64,000 nucleotides of DNA from the NCBI RefSeq assembly GCF_009914755.1, contig NC_060930.1, one strand, 5' to 3'. The position numbers and the translations under genes were made by a program. The stretch comes from the human T2T-CHM13v2.0 reference genome, Homo sapiens. This document shows, one piece after another, positions 54,937 through 64,000 of the stretch. Under the pieces are notes generated by a model that searched no databases, was not told the origin of the DNA, and saw nothing but the letters and a program-made list of their open reading frames with translations. The stretch's first letter is position 1. Each line of letters begins with the position of its first letter.

Positions 54937-56604
54937 TACCAACAAAACAAGTACATAATGTGGTAAGGGAGTATGACTGACCGCACTGCCCTGCTCATCC
55001 TTAGGGACACCAAGGTGGACTGTCCAATCTTCCTCCCCAAATTTTACTGTATGGTTCTCGGTCTACCTGGAAAAGTTCTGGAGCAGAATAGTGACACAAC
55101 TGTATCTAAAATTTGAGATCAGTCCAGTGGCTTTGTTTAGGATAGGCTGGCAGAGAGGCAAGGAGAACAGACACTAAAGTTTAGGCACAACAAGATAATA
55201 AAGGTGCACTAAAAGTAAAAATGAAAAAGCTAAAGTTGAAAAGCTTTTTGAAAGAAAAAACATAGAAGACTTGGCAATCAAGTACGGTGAATCTTCAACT
55301 ATTACATAAAAGATCTCTTCTAAATTTATTAGATAGCTAGATAAGATCTTTTTTTTTTATTGTTTCTGTGCCGGAATTAAGTATGTCTAAAACTACAGTG
55401 CAATATCAGAAGTATTAATATATAAACACCTAGGTGGAAAATGAAATATACAAAATTACTCAGAATTCTAAATTATACAGATATGGGAAGGGTACCAGCT
55501 ATTGGAGTCTTTCAAAATGGCACTGTGAATACAGAAATGAATACAACCAAGTAAGCAAAATCAAAGTGTCTCCAACTGATACCTACTATGTGAGCTCCAA
55601 AAGTACAGAATTATTATTGTATGCATTTTTCACTATTATATCTCCAGCATCTGGAATTTGTTGAATGAGCAAATAATTAAAGTACATTAAATCTCTAATC
55701 TCCATAAAATATAATTTATGTTAGTTTCAAAGGATATCTTATGGCTCTGTAGCTTTCAAAAACCACAGCAACAAAGGATAGAGAACAGTAGCCAAACTAG
55801 AATATGGAATAGATAATGCTTTTGGATGTTAAAAAATCCCAAAAGACTGAGGTAATAGAAATTAAACTAAATTTAGTGAGAGAGAACTAAGCAAACAGAA
55901 GAGGAAAACATGGGATTAATAATTTTAATTATAAATATAATATCTTCCCTAAACCCTCTCAGAAAAATAATGACTCAAATGTTGAGATGAAACTGAATAT
56001 TACTAAACACAGATAGTAAGAAACAGCATAAAATGGGTAACACAATTTATATAATTTAAATGCAAAAAGATTTAAAATATCTTAGCATTGATTTTACAAA
56101 ATCAGTAGACAGAGAGAGAGGGGCAGAGAGAGAGAGAGAGAAACAGATCCTGAACAAAATCCATCATCCCTCGTGCAGCCTAATTGGCTGAGAAATCATC
56201 ACAAGGGTAATATGGGCATTGCACTAACAGTCTCATAAGCAGCCAATCAGCTTCTGGGTACAGACAATAAGCACCTTTAAATAGAACCTAGAAATTATTT
56301 CACTAAAATTTGGCAGTACTTAAGTTTTTTATTTAAATTGTTCAAGTCTAATTATGAGAGGGGAAATGTTGACTTAATACAAATTCAAAGATAAACTTTT
56401 ACATAAGCAAGATAGGAAACACACTTTATTTACATCAAAGTGTAAAATCCTTTGTTACATTCTGCTTAACAATGCTTCTAAAAGAAATAAACAGTTATGT
56501 TCTATGGGCTTGATTTTATAAATAAACTCTTTCAGAAAGCATTTCTTTTTTTTTCAATCCAACTTGTAAAACACGCCATGTTTTCCATAAGAAACTAGTA
56601 GGGT

Positions 56605-56618
56605 GTTGCTATGGGAAC
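56605..56618. promoter_or_regulatory. Candidate RFX X-box
   Basis: GTTGCTATGGGAAC matches the palindromic GTTGCCATGGCAAC at 12/14; motif match only. Confidence 0.35.
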
Positions 56619-58243
56619 AACATTTTAATACCATTTTTAAAACACCAGTAGCTTCAAAGAACAATAAGGTAAAGAAAAATGAAAGGAAACTATCTTATCT
56701 GATTGGGAAAAAAAGATAATCCTAGTATTTCATGATGCAACTGTTATAATCATGTTATAATCATGCAGCAAAAGCATTTCACATACTTTTTCTGTAGATG
56801 GGAAGGAAAGTATTAGGGAATACTTTAGGAGATAATTAGCAAAGGTAAATTAATGCAAGCATTTTGAGTAAGAATAAACAGATGTTACCAGGTCCTTGTC
56901 CCAGAAAATCAGAAAGGAAAGGACACTGATGTGTGTTGAAACTCTGAAACACTATCTCTATTCATAGTCCTAGAAAGCCATCTGAATCAAATATAAGTGT
57001 TCTTTCAACTCAAGCCTAAAGAAAATGGGGGGATTATTAAGTAATAATTGATATACAAGTAATGCCTGAAAAGGTTCCATTTAGAAAATGGCCCCAGTTA
57101 TAGATACCTAAGTGAATAGGGTGGGGAGGGATCTTAAATCTTAATTAATTTAGAAAAATATTTTGAACTAGTGGTTTGGACTTATAATTTTATCTGTTAA
57201 CAAAAAAACTATATTTTTGTTAATAGCAAACAAAACCACAATTGAGTGGGAAAGATAGATCACTACACACTTCCAAAAATGAACCTGGCCTACAGAGAGC
57301 TGGGCTTTTTAGACTCCAGACTTTACAAAGGTGCTGGAAAAAAGTCCACTGATTGCAGTCATTTTGCTACAGAGCAAAAAATATTTACTTCTAAGTTCTG
57401 AAGAGTAACATGGAATATATGGAAGGATTAATAATAATACTTTGCATTTTCATAATCCCATAAAGTCTACAAGGTACTCTCGTATAAATTAAATCACATG
57501 CCATTTTTCCTCTAAGATAATCAAGCTGGAAAGAACAACTATTATTCAGTGGCACATCTTCATAACATTCTGTCAGAGAATAATATTTATAGTTTTATTA
57601 TAGGTCAACAATAGAATACTGGGTTTCAATAATATGAACTTTTCAATAAGTAGGAAAGACAGAGACATAAGACAGAATTAGGTTATATAAGACCATTTCT
57701 CATGAGATATATGAAAACACATTATAAAAGTCAAATTATTACATACAAAAGATTCTTGGTTGAGCTATGATGAATACTAAATTGCTCTATAACTAGTAAC
57801 TAACCACCCAGACCCTCGCCATACCCCTTTCACTAACTACCTATTTTTCCATTTACTGTTAGAGTGCTTTTCCCTCCCTCCCACACTACTAATCCTTTAA
57901 AGCCCATCTTAAGTATTTCCTTATCTTTGAAACTTTGAGATCATCATGTCCAAAGTGGCCTCACTCCACTTACTGTACCTACTCTTTCAGAATGCCTTCA
58001 ATCACAGTCTTGTAGTATTAATTATATTCAAAAATGTGTCTTATCTTCTGGACCAGCATATAAGGTTCATGATGGAAAGAAGCATGTCATATATTGCTCT
58101 TGTATAATCCTCTTCATTACTGAGATCATAATTGTCTCTTCCTCCTCTTAAATGTTTCAATGGACTCTCAAACTCAAGATGTCTTTTTTAAAAGAAAATC
58201 TCTGCCCTCTCCATCTTAGTTCTCTTCTAGAATTCCTCTCTCA

Positions 58244-58870
<627 letters not shown>

Positions 58871-59594
58871 GAGAGAGAGAGAAAGAGCACATGCTATCTA
58901 TTAGAAGTCAAATTAGCTGCCAAAGCCAGAAAAAACGGAAATCTTTGCCACCTCTCTCCCTTGCTGCCTATATCCAATTCATCAATTTCTACCCATCTGC
59001 CCTCAGGAAAAATCTCTAAGTTTTTTTCCACTTCTGTCTATCTTCCCTAGTCTGATTGCTGCAGAGGTTTTCTAACTACTCTCCCTACATCTTCTCCTCT
59101 ATCTTTACTCTCATCTATTGATACCATAGTCAGAGTGGTAAAAAAAAAAAAACTAATTTGACTGTGTCATTTCCCTGCTAAAACCCAAGATCATTAACAC
59201 AGCCCACACAGCTGCATGTGACCTGGCCCTGTTAGGGGGTCTTCCCCTCTCAGGTCACTTTCATCCTCACTCATCACTTCAGGCACACCAGCATCTCCTA
59301 TACTCTCAAATGTGGCATGCTGCGTCATGCTTATACACAATGTTCCCTCTACTCTGCCTAATGAGCTCCCACTCATCCTTCAAATCTCTGCACAAATGTT
59401 ACTTTCTTGGGGAAATCCTCCTTGATGCCCTAAAGTTAGATAATCTTTCTCTTGTTATCCTGCCATGATACTAGCTTTTCCTTAGCTCTTATCATCTTGT
59501 GTGAATATTCGTGTGAATATTTGTTCATTAACAATCTCTTCTGAAAGACAGTGCCTAGCACATAGAATAGGCAATGTATACCTCCTGAATGATT

Positions 59595-59792
59595 AATAAT
59601 AATAGTCTAATATTTAATGAACCCTATATGCCAGGCACTATGTTAAGTGCTTTCCACAGATAAATAATTATTATTCTCCCTATTTTTACAGGTGAAAAGA
59701 GATTAGTAATTTATACAAGATCACAGACCTAGTAAGTAAAAGAGCTAGGACAGGAACCTAAATCTGTCAGGTACTAAACCCATGCTTTTTAC
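59595..59792 (-). mobile_element. MIR fragment
   Basis: atgccaggcactatgttaagtgcttt...cctatttttacaggtg...aagatcacag. Confidence 0.7.
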
Positions 59793-59976
59793 CGTTAACT
59801 GAATTTGCTCCCCCAAACCATTGCTTGTAGAACTAAATAAATATATGTTGATTATTTAAAATGTCTACCTTCTATTGGACAAGAGGTTACTGAAAAAAAC
59901 TGTGTACTCATACTATGATAAATATTAAGACACTTTTACACTAAGATAAAGAACAGTGGAAAAATTAAACGGAGTT

Positions 59977-60475
59977 TATTTTATGTTATTTTGTTGTTTG
60001 TTTATTTATTTTTGAGACAGAGTATCGCTCTGCCAGCCAGGCTGTAGTGCAGTGGCACAATCTCAGTTCAGTGCAACCTCTGCCTCCTGGGTTCAAGTGA
60101 GTCTCATGCCTCAGCCTCCCAAGTAGCTGGGACTACAGGCACATGCCACCAGGCCCAGCTAATTTTTGTATTTTTTTTTTTTTTTTTTTTAGTAGAGATG
60201 GGGTTTCACTATGTTGGCCAGACTGGCTTGAACGCCTGATCTCAAGTGATCCACCTGCCTCCCAAAGTGCTGGGATTACAGGCGTGAGCCACCACGCCTA
60301 GACTTTATTTTTATTTTTTGAGACTAGGTCTTGCTATGTTGCCCAGGCTAGAGTGCAGTGTCTATTCACAAGCACAAATGTAGCACACTGCAGCCTCAAA
60401 CTCCTGGGCTCAAGCAATCCTCCTGCCTTAGCCTCCCAAGTAGCCAGGACTACAGGAGCACAATACTGTACCCAA
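59977..60475 (-). mobile_element. Antisense Alu dimer (59977-60303) plus a right-arm monomer (60304-60475)
   Basis: Alu consensus matches. Confidence 0.85.
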
Positions 60476-61264
60476 TTCAGTTTTATTTAATTTGGAAATA
60501 TTAATCCATTGAGTTATACAACTGGGTTGTATAACTGGGTCTCAGACTGAGAGTAATAGATGGCCCAAGACTAAATAGCTACATACCTCCACTGTTATAA
60601 GCAAGGCTCTGTACTGGTATAAAATAAGCCTTGCTGTAGTTTGCTATGTCCCCATTTCTGCCTTCATTGGAGTACTAACAGCAAAATCCAGAGCCTATCT
60701 TGATTGGATTTATTATACTCCAATTGGAGAGTAGGGAAGAATTTTAATGAAATCTCACGAAGTTTTTCTACATTAAGCTTAACTTGAATGACTTGAAAAA
60801 GGAAGTAGCTATAGTGGCTATTTTACTTCCTGGCAATCCTAATCAACCCAAAGACAATGCAAGGAAGCCATGCAGAATTGGATGGTTAGAGAACTCATTT
60901 GAGACTACCAGTAATCTAACACAAAATCTGTAGAAAAGTTTCTTTCAAAAAGGAATTAGAGCTGAATATCAGAAGAAGTTTAAACAACAAAGTTATACTT
61001 GTGGAACAGGTTCTAACTCAGCTTTCTTTACTATTTGATTTCACTAACATAATTATGGATACAAATAAGCCCATAAACTGTCCCATAACATGTAGATAGT
61101 TACGATGTAGGGGAGAAGTAATCACTTTGAAAGGCAATTAACAAAGAAACACTATTAAACTCAACAGATTGGAATAATTTTTCTAGATTAGTACCAGCTG
61201 CTATTCAACAATTCATGTATGTTTGTAATTAAATTTCTTCTTCTTCTGAGGCATCTTTGAACCT

Positions 61265-61840
<576 letters not shown>

Positions 61841-61939
61841 GATTATAGAATGACTCAAGGAAAAACAATCTTCACAACCTTCAGTGTGGGATCACTGGCT
61901 GTGATGATGCTGGAGACTGGCTAATTGAAAAAGAATACT

Positions 61940-62186
61940 GGATAGGCAAATCCATAGAGGCAGAAAGTAGATTTAGATTAGTGGTTGCCAAGGGCTGAGT
62001 TGGGGAGGGGAAGGGGTAATGGGAAATGACTACTACTGGGTACAGAGTTTCTTTGTGGGATGATGAAAATGTTCTGGAATGAGACAGTGGTGATGGTTGC
62101 ACGACGTGTGAAAACACTAAAAATGAATGGATTATATAACTTAAAAGGACTGATTTTACGGTATGTGAATTGTATCTCAATTTTTA
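61940..62186 (+). mobile_element. L1MB-like 3' end
   Basis: ataggcaaatccatagaggcagaaagtaga...gtggttgcc...gatgaaaatgttctggaa...gtatgtgaattgtatctcaat. Confidence 0.85.
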
Positions 62187-62780
62187 GAAAGGAAAAATAT
62201 ACTAGCACTGGGTCTTTTCCAGTCTCTCTCATGAAAGAGTCTAACTGGCTATTTCAATACTACATGACTGGCCATTAAAATTAAATATGGAGACTTATAC
62301 TGACAGTCATTCTCTTGAATAAAACCATTCAATCTATCCTATTTGCATAGACTATCCTATTTGCATAGACTATCCAATGTTCAATAGTTGTATTTTGTAT
62401 AGACTATGAATGGCAAATCATGTATCTCTTCATAAAGACAAATGAGAAGGGATAATGAATAGCTGGAACAGAAGGGGACACACAATAATTTACACAATAA
62501 TAATGCCTTGAAAGGTGATAGTACTATTATATTTCTAGTTGTAATATTACTATTATATAATCTTCTATATCTTTCCCAAAACTAAGTAATCAGATCTGTG
62601 AAATTCAGGTCACCATTTTTACCCAACCCTCCCATCCCACCCACCTTGGCTCTTTTGCTCAGTAAACTGCGCCATCTAGCTAACAGAGAAATCATCACTA
62701 AAAGGTTTGTTTCCTAAATCTCTCTTAAATCTCAAATACTTCTCACCAATTCCTCCATTTTTACAAAGTCATTCAAGGTA

Positions 62781-63100
62781 GGGCCGGGCATGGTAGCTCA
62801 TGCCTGTAATCCCAGCACTTTCGGAGATGGAGGCAGGTGGATCACTTTAGGTTAGGAATTTGAGACTAGCCTGGCTGTCACGGCGCAAAACCCTGTCTCT
62901 ACTAAAAATACCAAAAAAAATTTAGCTGGGTATGGTGGTGCATGCCTGTATTCCCAGCTACTCAGGAAGCTGAGGCACAAGAAGCACAAGAATCGCTTGA
63001 ACCCAGGAGACAGAAAACATTTGAATCTGGGAGGCAGAGGTTGCAGTGAACAGAGATTACACCACTACACTCCAGCGTGGGCAACAAGGCAAGAAAAAAA
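62781..63100 (+). mobile_element. AluS with internal slippage duplications
   Basis: TSD aaagtcattcaag. Confidence 0.85.
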
Positions 63101-63234
63101 GTCATTCAAGATGGCCCCAGGCTAACATTTTAACCTTTCTACCCTCAACTCTTCCTTGCAACCATATTAGACTTTTCCCATTCCTTTAAAGAACCAATCT
63201 CTCTAGTCTTTATTTTGTATTTTTTATATTACTA

Positions 63235-64000
63235 GTATTTTATTGTGGCACAATTTACATACAGCAAAATGCACAAGTCTTAAGTGACCAGCTTGAATTT
63301 TGACAGATATAAACACCTGTGTAACCACCAACCAAGATATACAACATTTTGTCCAGGAAGGGTGGCTCACACCTGTAATCCCAGCACTTTGTGGAGGGCC
63401 GAGGCAGGCGGATCACTTGAGGTCAGGAGTTTGAGACCAGCATGGCCAACACGGTGAAACCCCATCTCTATTAAAAACACAAAAATTAGCCAGGTGTGGT
63501 GGTGCACGCCTGTAATCCCAGCTACTTGGGAGGCTGAGAAAGGAGAATCGCTTGAACCCAGCAAGGTGGAGGTTGCAGTGAGCTGAGATGGCGCCACTGC
63601 ACTCCAGCCTGGGCAACAGAAGACATACAACATTTTCATTACCCTGTAAAGTTTCTGTGAACTCCTTTCCACTCAACCCTCCTGCCCACCCAAGGCAATC
63701 ACTATTCTGATTTCTATCACAATACGTATTTCTGTCTGCTCTTAAATTTCATATAAATAAAACCATACCCATATGTGTTATTTTGTATCTGGCTTCTTTT
63801 ATTTAAATTAATGTTTCTGAGATTCATCCATGTTATTAAGTACATCAATTTTCTTTTTTAGAGTTTAATATTAATGCAGTCTATGGATACACCATAAATT
63901 ATTGATCCACTCTCCTATGGCTGAACATTTGGATTTTCCCTTGTTTGGGGCTATTATGAATAAAGCTGTTATGAACATCCTTGTACAAGTTTTTTGTAGT
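63235..64000 (-). mobile_element. Old L1M 3' fragment with a nested + strand Alu (63351-63620)
   Basis: L1M motifs aaggcaatcactattctgatttctatc and gagattcatccatgtt; Alu TSD aaga(t/c)atacaacatttt. Confidence 0.82.

Overview
This is primate (most likely human) genomic DNA, not microbial. The only coding sequence I can support is one 111-bp minus-strand exon (1006-1116) encoding [37 protein letters not shown], part of the kinase domain of CDK19 (probably exon 3); the ORF track misses it. The remaining ~63 kb appears to be the upstream CDK19 intron and is mostly transposon-derived. It holds about 60 Alu copies or fragments (~3:1 on the + strand, antisense to CDK19), a near-complete Tigger1, an ~11.4-kb composite L1PB, L1PA/L1M fragments, MaLR LTRs, MER elements and a decayed hAT-Charlie (ZBED8/Buster-like) transposase fossil. 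There are three retropseudogenes: RPS20, U6 and a tailless U2. Nearly all listed ORFs are Alu/L1/Tigger artefacts. I find no evidence of a new gene system. The most unusual signals are rearrangement scars: a 217-bp two-template insertion inside an Alu, a TSD-flanked L1 with serial internal jumps and stutters, an ~80-bp inverted duplication with fold-back mosaics, and inverted micro-insertions in two more Alus. Repeat subfamily calls come from remembered consensus sequences and boundaries are approximate; no alignment was run.
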